Positions 19,967-30,570 of a stretch of 64,000 bases of DNA are shown piece by piece. This stretch comes from an uncultured delta proteobacterium (lineage in GTDB: Bacteria > Myxococcota_A > Polyangia > Polyangiales > Polyangiaceae): positions 1,472,001 through 1,536,000 of the forward strand of contig CAWKKR010000008.1 of assembly GCA_963850305.1 (NCBI GenBank), in the 5' to 3' direction. The notes under the pieces are model-generated. The model did not search any database, was not told the DNA's origin, and saw only the letters and a list, made by a program, of their open reading frames with translations. The position numbers were made by a program, and so were the translations under genes. Position 1 is the stretch's first letter; every line of letters begins with the position of its first letter.

Positions 19967-21322
19967 GTGTCGCGGCTCGAGCAACCGAGGGACCGAGGTT
20001 CGTCACTGGCTGGAAGCGCCGCCTGGATCCCGGGCGGCCTCGTTGCGGTCACGCTGTTCGTGACTGGACCTTCGCGCGCGGATGGGGTGGATGGAGCCCC
20101 GCTGCGGTTCACGGACGCGATTCGGCTGGCGCTCAGCCGAAACGAGCGCGCGCGCATCACGGAGCTGAACGTCGCCGCGGCGGAGGCGGGCGTCGAGAAA
20201 GCACGCGCCGCGTTTCTTCCCACGGTGACGGTTTCCGGCAACGATACGTTTCGTCCCAGTCCGGCGGAGCGCGACGGCGCGCTAACGCAAACCCGGAACG
20301 CGGCGACCGGGGCCGCCACGCTGAGCCAGCCTTTGATCAACGTGCCGTCGTGGCCGCTCTACTCCCAGTCGAAGCGGCTGCTGGAAGCGCAGGAGGCGCA
20401 GACCGTGGACGACAAGCGGCTGCTGTCTTTCGACGCTGCGCACGCCTTCATGAGCGCGCTCGCTGCTGACGCGGTCGTGAGGGCCGCGCAGCGTCGCGCG
20501 GACTCCTCCTCCGCGAACCTCGCCGACACGACGGCTCGCGCGCAGGCGGGGCTCACGAGCACCAACGACGCCACGCGCGCGCAGATCGATCTGTACGAAG
20601 CGGGCCGCGAGCTCGAATCCGATCGAGGCTCGCTCCAGAACGCGTACGTGCAGCTGTCGTTCGTCATCGACGCGAACGTCACGGGAGGGGTCGTGGCTCC
20701 GGAAGAGACTCTCGCCGCCGCGCGGCGACCGTTGCCGAACGTCGAGGACCTCGCGAACATCGCGATGTCGCGCAGGCCCGATCTCGTCGCGAAGCGCCGG
20801 ACGGCGGACGCGGCGCACGACTTCGCGGACGAACCGCCGTTGCGAATCATCCCGGCCCTCGGCGTGAACGCACAGGTGCTGGCCCTGACGAACCCTGCGT
20901 CGACCAGCAGATGGAACGACGAGACCCTTGGGGCGACGCTCACCTGGACGCTCTACGATGCCGGTGTGCGCTATGCCGACAAGCACCAGCGCGACGCGAA
21001 CGCGACGATCGCCGATCTGGATGTCGACGCGCTCGTTCGCTCGGTCGGGGCCGACGTACGGAGCGCGGTCGCGACCTTGCAGGGCCAGCAAGCCGCCTAC
21101 CGGCAAGCGGAGCAAGCCGTCACGGCCGCGCGGCAGAGCGCCGACGAGACGTCGGCGCTCTACAAACAAGGGCTCGCGAAGGCCATCGAGCTCGTGGACG
21201 CCAACGACACTCGATTTCTCGAAGAGGTCAACGACGCTTCCGCGGAGTATTCGATGGCGCAGGCGTACCTGAACTTGCGGCAAGCCCTCGGGCTCGACCC
21301 GCTGGGCACGGAGTTCCGATGA
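19967..21322 (+). CDS. TolC family outer membrane efflux protein
   Basis: LRFTDAIRLALSRN, A..RRPDL, YKQGLAKAIELVDA OEP repeats; first gene of the RND operon. Confidence 0.88.
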   Translation: MSRLEQPRDRGSSLAGSAAWIPGGLVAVTLFVTGPSRADGVDGAPLRFTDAIRLALSRNERARITELNVAAAEAGVEKARAAFLPTVTVSGNDTFRPSPAERDGALTQTRNAATGAATLSQPLINVPSWPLYSQSKRLLEAQEAQTVDDKRLLSFDAAHAFMSALAADAVVRAAQRRADSSSANLADTTARAQAGLTSTNDATRAQIDLYEAGRELESDRGSLQNAYVQLSFVIDANVTGGVVAPEETLAAARRPLPNVEDLANIAMSRRPDLVAKRRTADAAHDFADEPPLRIIPALGVNAQVLALTNPASTSRWNDETLGATLTWTLYDAGVRYADKHQRDANATIADLDVDALVRSVGADVRSAVATLQGQQAAYRQAEQAVTAARQSADETSALYKQGLAKAIELVDANDTRFLEEVNDASAEYSMAQAYLNLRQALGLDPLGTEFR

Positions 21323-22574
21323 AGCGAGGACACGTTCTTCTTCTCGGGGTGCTGGCCGCCGGTTGCGGCCAGTCGACGACCGAATCCGGGCTCAAGGGCG
21401 GCGGGAAGGCGGCGCGCAAGCTCGAGTACCCCGTCGAGGTCACGTCGCTCGCGTCGCGACAGGTTCGGTACACCGTGACTGCTCCCGGCTCGATCGAGGC
21501 GTTTCAGCAGGTGCAGATCACGGCGCGCGTCGCCGGAGCCGTCGACACCGTGTCGTTCAGAGAGGGCGAGCTCGTCAAGAAGGACGCGACGCTCGTCACG
21601 ATCGAGGGCGAACGATTCCACGTTGCCGTGGATCAGGCGAACGCGGCGCTCGCGAAAGCCGAGGCGAGCGAAAAGCAGGCAGAGGGCGAGCTCGCGCGCC
21701 GGCAGGGCGCCGTCGTGGATCATCCGGGCCTCATTCCCGGGGAGGAGATCGCGACGTATCAGACGGCGGTCGCGACCGGCAAAGCCGACGTCGAGGCGGC
21801 GAGGCAGGCGGTCCGTGTTGCCGAGCTGAATCTCCGTGATTCCCACGTGCGCACGCCCATCGCGGGGGTCGTCCAGACGCGTACCGTTCAGGACGGCCAG
21901 TATCTTCAGCCGGGCGCCGTTCTCGCCACGATCTTGCAGCGCGACCCGCTCTTGCTTCGCTTTCAGGCGACGGAACAGGACGCTCCGCGCCTGAAGCCCG
22001 GGATGACGGCGACGCTTCACCTGGAGGAAAGCGCGCACTCGTACACGGCGAACATCACTCTCGTCGCGGACGCTGCGGATCCGACGACGCGGCTCGTGCC
22101 CGTGACGGGCGAGATCGACGACAAGGAGCACAAGTACTGGCTCCGGCCCGGAGCGTTCTGCGAGGTGGACGTGCCCGTGGGCTCCGCGCGGCAAGCCATC
22201 GTCGTGCCGACGCTGGCCGTACAGCCCACGGAAAATGGCAACACCGTCTACGTCGTGGAGGGCACCCAGGCGAAGGCGCGCGCCGTGACGCTCGGCATGC
22301 ACACATCGGACGGCAACGTGGAAGTCACACGGGGACTCGCCGCCGGCAATCTGCTCGTCACCCGCGGTGTCGAGCTCCTGAGCGACGGTGCGCCCGTGAA
22401 AATTACCGCCAGGACGACCCAGGCTGGCGACACTTCCGCTCCGGCGCCGAAGTCGGAAGATGCAGCCGGTGCAGCGGCCGTTGCGGCAGCGGACGCCCCC
22501 CGGGGGCAGCCCTGGCGGAACCCGGCGTCGCGGGACACGCCGGCAAGCATCGGAAGGGTGGAGGTTCGCCCTGA
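21319..22574 (+). CDS. RND periplasmic adaptor (MFP), frameshift at the C/G homopolymer near 22500
   Basis: Lipobox AAGC; ARVAGAV..EGELVKK, TPIAGVV, DPTTR, LRPG; shifted frame ends ...HRKGGGSP* at 22574. Confidence 0.88.
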
Positions 22575-25500
22575 ACATCACGGACATCTGTCTCCGGCGC
22601 CCCGTGTTCGCCTGGATGATCATGGCGGGGACGATCCTCTTCGGGATCCTCGCCGTGACGCGCATCGGCGTGAGCCAGTTTCCCGACGTGGACAATCCGA
22701 CCATCAACGTCACCGTGTCGTGGCCGGGTGCGTCGCCGGAGGATGTCGAGACGAGTCTCGTGAACCCTCTGGAGGATGCCATCTCGCAGGTCACCGGCGT
22801 GCAGACGCTGGCGTCGTCGGCGTCCGAAGGCTCGGCTCGCGTCACGGCAACCTTCGATCTGTCCCGCAACATCGATCTCGCCCTTCAAGATACGCAGGCC
22901 AAGATCGCTCAAGTGCAGCGCTCGCTCCCCGCGAGCGCGATGGCGCCCGTCGTCTCGAAGAGTAACCCCGACGACACGCCCATCATCACGATCGGGATCT
23001 CGGGCCCGTTTTCGCCCCAGCTCCTCGCCGACGTCGCACGGTACGAGATCGAGGACAAGCTCGAGACGATCCCCGGCGTCGGTCAGGTGAGCATGATGGG
23101 CTACCTGGACCGCAACGTGCGCATCTGGGTGGACGCGGACAAGCTCGCCGCGACGGGCGCGACCGTGACCGACATCACGAACGCGTTCGCGAAGCAGCAC
23201 GTCACGTCCACGGGCGGACAGATGGTGGACGGTGGGCGGGCGCTCGACGTGCGGATCCTCGGTGAAGCCGCGGACCTCGCCACGATCGGCAACATCGTCG
23301 TCCGGAACGTCGACGGAACGGCGATTCGCGTCAAGGACGTCGCGCTGGTTCAGGATGGGCTGGCGGACGTCACCACGATCGCTCGCCTGAACGGGGTACC
23401 GGTCCAGGCGATGGGCATCCTGAAGCAGCCCGGCTCGAACGCCGTGGCCGTCGCCGAGGCGGTCACGGATTCGATGGCCGCGCTGCAGAAGACGCTCCCC
23501 GGTGGCATGAAGATCGACGTCCTGTTCGACACGACGGGCTTCATCAAGGAATCGGTGTCGGAAATCGGTCTGGAGCTCGTCCTCGCCGTGGTGCTGACGG
23601 GGCTCGTGTGCTGGCTGTTCCTGGGGTCGCTGTCGAGCACGCTGAACGTGCTGTTCGCGATCCCCATGTCGCTCCTCGGCACGATCGCGATCCTCTATTT
23701 CGCCGGATACACGCTGAACACCTTCACGCTCCTCGGGCTTTCACTCGCGGTCGGTCTCGTCGTCGACGACGCGGTGATGGTCATGGAGAACATTTACCGG
23801 CACGCGGAGATGGGAAAAGATCGTGTCGTCGCGGCGAGTGAAGGTACGAAGGAAATCACGTTCGCCGCGCTGGCCGCGACGATCGCGGTCATCGCCATCT
23901 TCCTGCCGGTGGCGTTCATGTCGGGCGTCATCGGCCGGTTCTTCCTGCAATTCGGGGTGACCCTCTCGGTGGCCGTCGGTCTGTCGTACATCGAGGCGAT
24001 CACGCTGGCTCCCGCGCGTTGCGCGCAGATGCTGAATACCTCCCACGAGGGGCCCGGGCGCGCCGTCGACAGGGCCTTCGAGCGTCTCTCCGCCGCTTAT
24101 GGTCGCGGTCTGGCGCGCGTGCTCGAGATGCCCTGGTCGGTCATCGCCGCGGGTCTCGCGGTCCTGGCGCTCGCGGGTTTCACGGCGACGCGACTCCGTC
24201 AGGAGATGGTCCCGTCGCAGGATCAGAGCCGGCTCGCCGTCCGCCTGACCACGGTCGTCGGCGCCGATATCACCGAGATGGATCGGCTCGCCAGGAAAGC
24301 CGAGGCCATCCTCCTGAAGCGTCCCGAGATCGTGTCGGTGCTGACGAGCCTGAATAGCGGGAACTCGGGGACGCTCTCGCTCACGATGGTGCCTCCCGGG
24401 CAGAGGAAGCTCACGCAAGCCGAGTTCTCGGCGTTGATTCGAAAGGAGCTGAACGGCATCGCGGGGCTCCGCGCCATGGTCCAGGATCTCTCGCAGCAGG
24501 GTTTCGCGGGTTCGAGCAACGGGCACCCGCTCGAATTTTCCGTCCGCGGTTCGGACTGGCCGACGCTCGTGACGCTCGCGAAGAAGCTGAGAGACGAGAC
24601 CTCCGCGTCCGGCCTGGCCGTGGACGTGGACACGGACTACCAGGTCGGCGCGCCGGAGCTCGCGATCACGCCGGACCGCGCGCGCGCGACGGACGTCGAT
24701 GTCGCCGTCGCGGACATCGCGACGACCGTGAGCTCTCTCGTCGGCGGTATCGTCGTGGGCGAATATTCGTCGGGTGGCCGCCGGATGGACATCCGGCTTC
24801 GCTCGCTCAAGTCGCAACGTTCGCGTCCGGAGGATCTGGCCTTGCTTCGCGTGCGAACGGCCGCGGGGACCCTGGTCCCGCTGTCGTCCGTCGTGACCAC
24901 GCAGGAGACGTCGGAGCTTCAATCGATCAACCACGCCGACCGGGAGCGCGCGATCCGCATCTACGGAAATATCGCGCCCGGTCACTCTCAGGACCAGGCG
25001 ATTGCGTTCGTGCAAGATCTGTCGAGATCCCTGCCCGCAGGATATCGCATCGTGCTCGGCGGACAGAGCTCCCAGTTCGGAGATGCGATGAGTAGCTTGC
25101 TCTTCGCCCTGCTCGTCGGGATCCTGTTTGCGTACATGGTGCTCGCGTCTCAGTTCAATTCGTTCCTGGACCCGGTGACGGTTCTGACGATCCTCCCGCT
25201 CTCGATCGCGGGGGCGATCTTCGCGCTCTTCGTCGCCGGGAAGACCCTCAACATCTTCAGCATGATCGGTCTTCTGCTCCTCATGGGCATCGTGAAGAAG
25301 AATTCGATCATGCTCGTCGACTACGCGAACGAGGTGCGCGCCGCCGGCTGCGGCGCGGCGGAAGCCATGAAGCGCGCGGGCCCCGTCCGCCTGAGGCCCA
25401 TCCTGATGACGGCCGTCGCAACGCTGATGGCCGCCGTGCCGTCCTCGCTCGGGCTCGGTCCGGGTGCCGAGACCCGCGCGCCCATGGCGGATGCCGTGAT

Positions 25501-25627
25501 CGGTGGTCTCGTCCTCTCCACGGTGTTGAGCTTGTTCGTCGTGCCTTCGTTCTACGTCCTCGCGGATCGACTGAAGGCGCGCCTCGCGAGCCTGCGCGCC
25601 GCGAGCCCGAAGCTCGAGCTCCCCTGA
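22571..25627 (+). CDS. RND efflux transporter permease subunit (AcrB/MdtB-like)
   Basis: NITDICLRRPVFA, GLVVDDAVMVMENI, GIVKKNSIMLVD, RLRPILMT; start apparently CTG after GGAGG. Confidence 0.95.
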   Translation: MNITDICLRRPVFAWMIMAGTILFGILAVTRIGVSQFPDVDNPTINVTVSWPGASPEDVETSLVNPLEDAISQVTGVQTLASSASEGSARVTATFDLSRNIDLALQDTQAKIAQVQRSLPASAMAPVVSKSNPDDTPIITIGISGPFSPQLLADVARYEIEDKLETIPGVGQVSMMGYLDRNVRIWVDADKLAATGATVTDITNAFAKQHVTSTGGQMVDGGRALDVRILGEAADLATIGNIVVRNVDGTAIRVKDVALVQDGLADVTTIARLNGVPVQAMGILKQPGSNAVAVAEAVTDSMAALQKTLPGGMKIDVLFDTTGFIKESVSEIGLELVLAVVLTGLVCWLFLGSLSSTLNVLFAIPMSLLGTIAILYFAGYTLNTFTLLGLSLAVGLVVDDAVMVMENIYRHAEMGKDRVVAASEGTKEITFAALAATIAVIAIFLPVAFMSGVIGRFFLQFGVTLSVAVGLSYIEAITLAPARCAQMLNTSHEGPGRAVDRAFERLSAAYGRGLARVLEMPWSVIAAGLAVLALAGFTATRLRQEMVPSQDQSRLAVRLTTVVGADITEMDRLARKAEAILLKRPEIVSVLTSLNSGNSGTLSLTMVPPGQRKLTQAEFSALIRKELNGIAGLRAMVQDLSQQGFAGSSNGHPLEFSVRGSDWPTLVTLAKKLRDETSASGLAVDVDTDYQVGAPELAITPDRARATDVDVAVADIATTVSSLVGGIVVGEYSSGGRRMDIRLRSLKSQRSRPEDLALLRVRTAAGTLVPLSSVVTTQETSELQSINHADRERAIRIYGNIAPGHSQDQAIAFVQDLSRSLPAGYRIVLGGQSSQFGDAMSSLLFALLVGILFAYMVLASQFNSFLDPVTVLTILPLSIAGAIFALFVAGKTLNIFSMIGLLLLMGIVKKNSIMLVDYANEVRAAGCGAAEAMKRAGPVRLRPILMTAVATLMAAVPSSLGLGPGAETRAPMADAVIGGLVLSTVLSLFVVPSFYVLADRLKARLASLRAASPKLELP

Positions 25628-25712
25628 CGCGCGAGCTCGCACCGTGTACGCCTCCGCGCATGCCTGCGTACCGTGGTGCTCGCGGGTGTCCGCATGCTAT
25701 TGTTGTCGCTTC

Positions 25713-25925
25713 GTGACCTCTCCGAAATCCTGTCCGCACATCGGTGACTGCCCCATGTACGAGCTCCTCACGTATGCGGGGACACTGGCCGCGTGGAAGA
25801 TCCGATACTGCGCGGGACCCTACGAGACCTGTGCGCGATACCAGCGATCGCAGTCCGGTCAGACAGTGCCGCTCAACCTGATGCCGAGTGGCGCGCTCCT
25901 CTCCAAGAAGCGGGGGTCCGGGTGA
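25713..25925 (+). CDS. Small Cys-rich hypothetical protein (70 aa)
   Basis: CPHIGDCPMY...RYCAGPYETCARY...VPLNLMPSG; GTGA-coupled to the yeeE-like gene. Confidence 0.65.
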   Translation: MTSPKSCPHIGDCPMYELLTYAGTLAAWKIRYCAGPYETCARYQRSQSGQTVPLNLMPSGALLSKKRGSG

Positions 25926-26509
25926 CGTCGCCCCACTGGGCATTCTGGGTCGGGGGCCTGGCGCTCGCCGCGGTTCCCCTCGTCCACTGGTTGACGCTCG
26001 GGCGTATGTTTGCCGTCTCGGGGCGCTTCACCGCGCTCGTGGAACGCGTCAGATCCGGCCCTTCCGACGCGAATCTGAGCGCCGATGATCTGATCGCGGC
26101 AATCCGCGCGATGACCGTGGATGAGCTCGGCGAGGACGCGGTGACGGACGCCCCACCGCTCGCCGTACCTGGGACTTCGAGTCCCGGAACGGTGCCTCAC
26201 GTCGCGTTTCTGCTGAGCCTCGTCGCCGGAGGCGCGCTGTCCGCCGCCACGTCGTCGGGGCTTCACCTCGGCTACGCGCTTCGAAGCGAGACCTTTCCGC
26301 GCATCTTCGGGAGCGCGCCGTTCACGGCCTCCGTCGTGCTGCTGTTCGGGGGAATCCTGGTCGGTTTCGGCACGCGGATGGCGGGAGGGTGCACCTCCGG
26401 GCACGGGCTCTGCGGTGTGAGCCGGTTTCAGCCCGGTAGTCTCGTCTCGACGGCAGCTTTCTTCGGCATGGGAGTGGCGCTCTCACTCGCCCTCGCGTGG
26501 CTCGCGTGA
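25922..26509 (+). CDS. YeeE/YedE (sulfur/thiosulfate transporter family) protein
   Basis: GGILVGFGTRMAGGCTSGHGLCGVSR signature. Confidence 0.9.
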   Translation: MTSPHWAFWVGGLALAAVPLVHWLTLGRMFAVSGRFTALVERVRSGPSDANLSADDLIAAIRAMTVDELGEDAVTDAPPLAVPGTSSPGTVPHVAFLLSLVAGGALSAATSSGLHLGYALRSETFPRIFGSAPFTASVVLLFGGILVGFGTRMAGGCTSGHGLCGVSRFQPGSLVSTAAFFGMGVALSLALAWLA

Positions 26510-26932
26510 AGCAGACGATTTTCACCTCGCTCGTGGGTCTCGGTCTCGGATTCGTGCTGAGCCGAATCGGATTTTCGTCGTGGGACGAGGTTCACCGCAT
26601 GTTCACCTTCGCGGACCTTCGCATGTTCCTCACGTTCGTCGTCGGCGTGGGGGTGCTCGCCGTTGCCTGGCCGGTCCTGCGCGTCCTGTCGAAGTTGGAA
26701 CCGGTGTGGGCACCGCGCCGGATTCATCGTGGCTCGCTTCTCGGAGGGTTGCTATTCGGCGCGGGCTGGGCGCTGAGCGGGGCGTGCCCGAGCATCGCGC
26801 TCGTGCAGCTAGGCGAGGGACAGCTCGTGGCGATTCTGGACTCTCTTCGGGATATTCGCCGGGAACTACCTCTACGGTCACCTGAACGAGCGCTGGTTCC
26901 GCTGGCCCACGACCACCTGTGTCGACGATTGA
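26506..26932 (+). CDS. Second YeeE/YedE-family protein (frameshift near 26833)
   Basis: GGLLFGAGWALSGACP signature; the +1 frame continues FWTLFGIFAGNYLYGHLNERWFRWPTTTCVDD*. Confidence 0.85.
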
Positions 26933-26934
26933 CT

Positions 26935-29900
26935 TCATGCCGCGGGCGTTCGCTTGATCTCGAAGGATCTCATCCGGTCGCGCAGCGTCGAGGCGTTGAT
27001 GCCGAGCATCTCCGCAGCCCCCCCCGAGCCCGAAATCTGCCAGTTGCATCGCTCGAGAGCCGACAGGAGATTCTCCCGCTCCAGCTTCCGGAGTTCGGCT
27101 TCCGTCAACAGGCGTCCCGGCGTAGGGGGCGTGGTCGACGTGCCAGCGGGGTGCAGCGCGGGTTCCAGGCGGAGCGGAGGCCGCGCTGAAAGGATCACTG
27201 CTCGTTCGATGACGTGCTGGAGCTCACGCACGTTCCCGGGCCAATCGTATTCCTGGAGCTTCCGTCGCTGCTCGTCGTCCAGCGTCAGGTCGTCGCGCCC
27301 CAGATCGCGAGCGTGCGTGCGCAAGAAATGCTCCGCCAGCGGCACGATGTCCTCGCGCCGATACCTGAGCGGGGGTACCTCGACGGGGAACACGCTCAAT
27401 CGATAGTAGAGATCCTTTCGAAAGGTTCCCGCGCTCACTTCGGATTCGAGATCTCGGTTCGTCGCGACGATGACGCGGACGTCCGTGCGACGCGTCCGAT
27501 CGTCTCCCACGCGCTCGAACTCGCTCTCTTGCAGCACCCGCAGGAGTTTCGACTGCAGGACGAGGGGGATCTCGCCGACCTCGTCCAGGAACAGGGTGCC
27601 GTGATTCGCGAGCTCGAACCGCCCGATGCGATCCTTGTGCGCGCCCGTGAAGGCGCCGCGCACGTGGCCGAAGAATTCGCTCTCGAAGAGCTCCTTCGGG
27701 ATCGACGCGCAGTTGACCTTCACCAGCGGGCCTTCGGCGCGTCCGCTCCTCGCGTGGATCGCGCGCGCGACCAGCTCCTTTCCGACGCCCGATTCCCCGC
27801 GAATGAGCACGGTGGCCGACGTCGTCGCGACGCTCTCGATGAGGTGAAGGACGCCCTGCAGCCCCTCGCTGTGGCCCACGAAATCGCCCGAACGCCGTCC
27901 GGACCGCACCTCTTCTCGCAGGTAATCTCGCTCCCCTTCGATCTGCACCTTGAGCCGGGCGATCTCCTCGAACGCCTGCTGCCGCAATTTTTCGGCTCGC
28001 TTGCGCTCCGTGATGTCTCGAACGAAGATCGAATAGACGGTAGGGCCGTTCGATTCGAGCACGGATATCGACAGCTCGAGCGGCACGATCTTGCCGTCCC
28101 GGTGCTTGCCCAGAACCTCTACTCGTTCGCTCGCTGCGTGCTGTGCGGCGCGGTAGAGCTCTCCTCCGGTGTAGGGCGTTCCGGCCCCCATCGTCTCGAG
28201 AACGAAGATCTCGTGGAGCGCGCCGCCGAGCATCTCGCCGCGGGGCCAGCCGAGGATGTGCTCGGTCTGCGGCGTCCACTCGAGAATGACCGTGTCTTGG
28301 TTGACCATGACGAAGCCGTCGAGCGCGGACGCGACGACCTTGCCAAAGCGGGCATCCGAGCGAGCGAGCGATGCCTCGGCGTTGCGCCGTGCCATTGCGT
28401 CGGCGACCATCGCGCCGACGAGCCGCAGGCGACGCAGCTGATCCGCAGGAAGCTTTCGGGCCGAGCGGATGCGATGGAAGCCGATGCATCCGATCACGTC
28501 GCCGGAGATCACCAGCGGCACGGTCGCGAAGAGCCGCGTCCCGTCACGTTCGAGTACCTGCCTGCAGGACTTCGCATCCGCGGGCACGTCCTCGAGCCCG
28601 AAGACGAGCGCGTGCCCTTCGCGCAGCACGGTGAGCGGCCACCCGAACTCCTCGACCGAAATACCGAGCGTACTGGGCGCGAAACTGGGGATTCCTTCGG
28701 CGCACCACTCGTTGGTCAGCTTGAAGCGGGCGCGTTCTCCCACCAGTTCGAAGAGCGATACACGATCGAATCCGAGCGCGCGTCCGACCTCCCCCAGCGC
28801 GTCGAGAACCGTCGAATCGAGCGGGTTTACCCGATCCCCGACCAGTCGCGCGGAGATCTCCGAGAGCGCTTCCTCGAAGCGAAGCCGTTCGTTCAGCGCT
28901 CGGTCGACACGCTCGCGGTCGATGGCATTGGAGAACAGCTCGCCGATGACGCCGAGCGCGTCGATGAGCGAGTGGCTGGGCATCTCGTGCGTTTCGAACG
29001 TCGTCGCTCCGAACGTCGAACCCGCGACGATCAACGGCAGGAGGATGACGTGACGAAGGGGACCCTCCTCGAGCTCCTCACGCTCTCTGCGTGCCTCCGG
29101 CGGCAGGGTGTCTCGCGACAGGACCAGCGGCTTGGTGTCGGTCAGCCTCGAGAGCGCATAAGCGTAGTGCTCGGCGGGAATGGGCGTGTGGGTCGGCAGG
29201 GTTCCGTCCACGCCGGGTGCGAGGTACCGATGCGTGATCGAGAACGTGCGGCGATCGTCCGAGAGCTCGTAGATGACCCCGCGAACGAAGGCGTAGAGTT
29301 CCGCGATCTTCCGGAGCGCGTCGTCCATTCCCCGGCCGAGATCCGCGACCGGGAGATCGATGAACCGCCGCGAGACTTCACCGACGAGCTCCGTCAGTCG
29401 ATGAGTCTGCTGCAGCTCCTCCTCGGCGCGCTTTCGGTCCCACGCGCTCGCGATGATCTGCGAGACGACCTTGAGTCCCTCTTCGTGCGCGTCGTTCCAG
29501 GGTTTTTTGCCCATGAAACCGACGCACCCGAGCACCTCGCCACCGACCTGCAGTGGATAGAATGCGTGCCACGCCATGCCGACCCGGGCGAAGAACTCTC
29601 GCTCGATGACGGCGTCTTCCGGATACCTGTCGCGCTCCACGAGGATCGTCTCGCCGGCGACGATACGTGCGCTGAGCCAGGGCAGGGCGGTGACCGGAAA
29701 GGTTTCTCCGGTGGCGAAGACGAACTCCGCGGGGGTGAGCCCGTAGCGGTGTACGACGCGAAATGTGTTCTTGTCCTTCGAGAGCGCCGCAATCAGCCCC
29801 CGCTCGAAGCCGAGACCCGCCACCACCGACTCGAGCGCACCTTCCACGCCGTTGTGGACCTCGGACGCATGTATCCCGATGAAGTGGCGCGATATCCGTC

Positions 29901-29967
29901 CGACGAGCTCCGCCACGAGCAACCGGACCGCAAGCACTTCCGCGGGGACCGTCACGGTCTCAGCCAC
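26935..29967 (-). CDS. Sigma54-dependent enhancer-binding protein with three GAF domains and a PAS domain
   Basis: [40 protein letters not shown], Fis-type HTH; three GAF-like repeats and PAS ([16 protein letters not shown]). Confidence 0.95.
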   Translation of the reverse strand: MAETVTVPAEVLAVRLLVAELVGRISRHFIGIHASEVHNGVEGALESVVAGLGFERGLIAALSKDKNTFRVVHRYGLTPAEFVFATGETFPVTALPWLSARIVAGETILVERDRYPEDAVIEREFFARVGMAWHAFYPLQVGGEVLGCVGFMGKKPWNDAHEEGLKVVSQIIASAWDRKRAEEELQQTHRLTELVGEVSRRFIDLPVADLGRGMDDALRKIAELYAFVRGVIYELSDDRRTFSITHRYLAPGVDGTLPTHTPIPAEHYAYALSRLTDTKPLVLSRDTLPPEARREREELEEGPLRHVILLPLIVAGSTFGATTFETHEMPSHSLIDALGVIGELFSNAIDRERVDRALNERLRFEEALSEISARLVGDRVNPLDSTVLDALGEVGRALGFDRVSLFELVGERARFKLTNEWCAEGIPSFAPSTLGISVEEFGWPLTVLREGHALVFGLEDVPADAKSCRQVLERDGTRLFATVPLVISGDVIGCIGFHRIRSARKLPADQLRRLRLVGAMVADAMARRNAEASLARSDARFGKVVASALDGFVMVNQDTVILEWTPQTEHILGWPRGEMLGGALHEIFVLETMGAGTPYTGGELYRAAQHAASERVEVLGKHRDGKIVPLELSISVLESNGPTVYSIFVRDITERKRAEKLRQQAFEEIARLKVQIEGERDYLREEVRSGRRSGDFVGHSEGLQGVLHLIESVATTSATVLIRGESGVGKELVARAIHARSGRAEGPLVKVNCASIPKELFESEFFGHVRGAFTGAHKDRIGRFELANHGTLFLDEVGEIPLVLQSKLLRVLQESEFERVGDDRTRRTDVRVIVATNRDLESEVSAGTFRKDLYYRLSVFPVEVPPLRYRREDIVPLAEHFLRTHARDLGRDDLTLDDEQRRKLQEYDWPGNVRELQHVIERAVILSARPPLRLEPALHPAGTSTTPPTPGRLLTEAELRKLERENLLSALERCNWQISGSGGAAEMLGINASTLRDRMRSFEIKRTPAA

Positions 29968-30018
29968 TTACACCTCTATTATCGAAAATAGTCGTCCGCC
30001 CCGGGGGAGTAAAGCGGC

Positions 30019-30054
30019 GTCACGGGATCTCGCGACACCGCGGGATCTCGCGAC
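30019..30054. promoter_or_regulatory. Candidate upstream activator sequence (tandem 14-bp repeat)
   Basis: CGGGATCTCGCGAC at 30023-30036 and 30041-30054 (18-bp period), 80-110 bp upstream of the -24 box. Confidence 0.6.
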
Positions 30055-30128
30055 CGAGAGCGGTAGGCGTTCTTCGCGATGCTCGCGGAAATAGGGCCAA
30101 TTGTGGCGTCCAGCTAGGACCCGCGAGT

Positions 30129-30146
30129 GCGGCACGGGCCTTGCGA
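30129..30146 (+). promoter_or_regulatory. Sigma54 (-24/-12) promoter
   Basis: GGCACGGGCCTTGC = GG-N10-GC, matching the GGCAC-N5-TTGC consensus, ~20 bp before ATG 30166. Confidence 0.8.
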
Positions 30147-30165
30147 TAGGTGCCGCCCGAGCCGC

Positions 30166-30570
30166 ATGCAGAAAATTAGATTCCTCGTCGTCGATGACGA
30201 TCCGATCGTCCTCGAAGTCGCTCGCGAACGACTCACGCAGCTGGGGTTCGAGGTCGCGACGCGAAACCAATCGCTAGGCACCTCGGGGTGGATTCTTCAG
30301 AACCGCCCGGACTTCGTGCTCCTCGACGTGATGATGCCCGCCCTCACCGGAGGAGAGCTGGCCGGCGTCTTGAAGCGACGCGCCACGAACACCTCGGTCA
30401 TCTTGTATTCGAGCAAACCCGAACCGGAGCTCCAGGCGCTCGTCCGTCAAACCGGTGCCCTCGGCGCAATTTCCAAGCGCGTGGACGAACGTCAGTTCGC
30501 GCACGAGGTCCAGCGCCTGGTCCGGCTCTGGTTCGGTGTTCGGCAGGACAAGGCCGGGGGTGAAACATGA
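30166..30570 (+). CDS. Single-domain response regulator (REC)
   Basis: LVVDDD, PDFVLLDVMMP, ILYSS, ISK. Confidence 0.9.
   Translation: MQKIRFLVVDDDPIVLEVARERLTQLGFEVATRNQSLGTSGWILQNRPDFVLLDVMMPALTGGELAGVLKRRATNTSVILYSSKPEPELQALVRQTGALGAISKRVDERQFAHEVQRLVRLWFGVRQDKAGGET

Noticed and set aside
20911..22965. 684-aa MFP overlapping TolC and the RND permease
   Set aside because: True start is ATG 21319; the C-terminal run-on comes from a homopolymer frameshift near 22500
27214..29991. Long antisense or alternate-frame ORFs (also 51160-54312, 32969-35050, 23741-25642, 1547-3160)
   Set aside because: Shadow ORFs typical of high-GC DNA; Arg/Ala-rich with no motifs, overlapping well-supported genes
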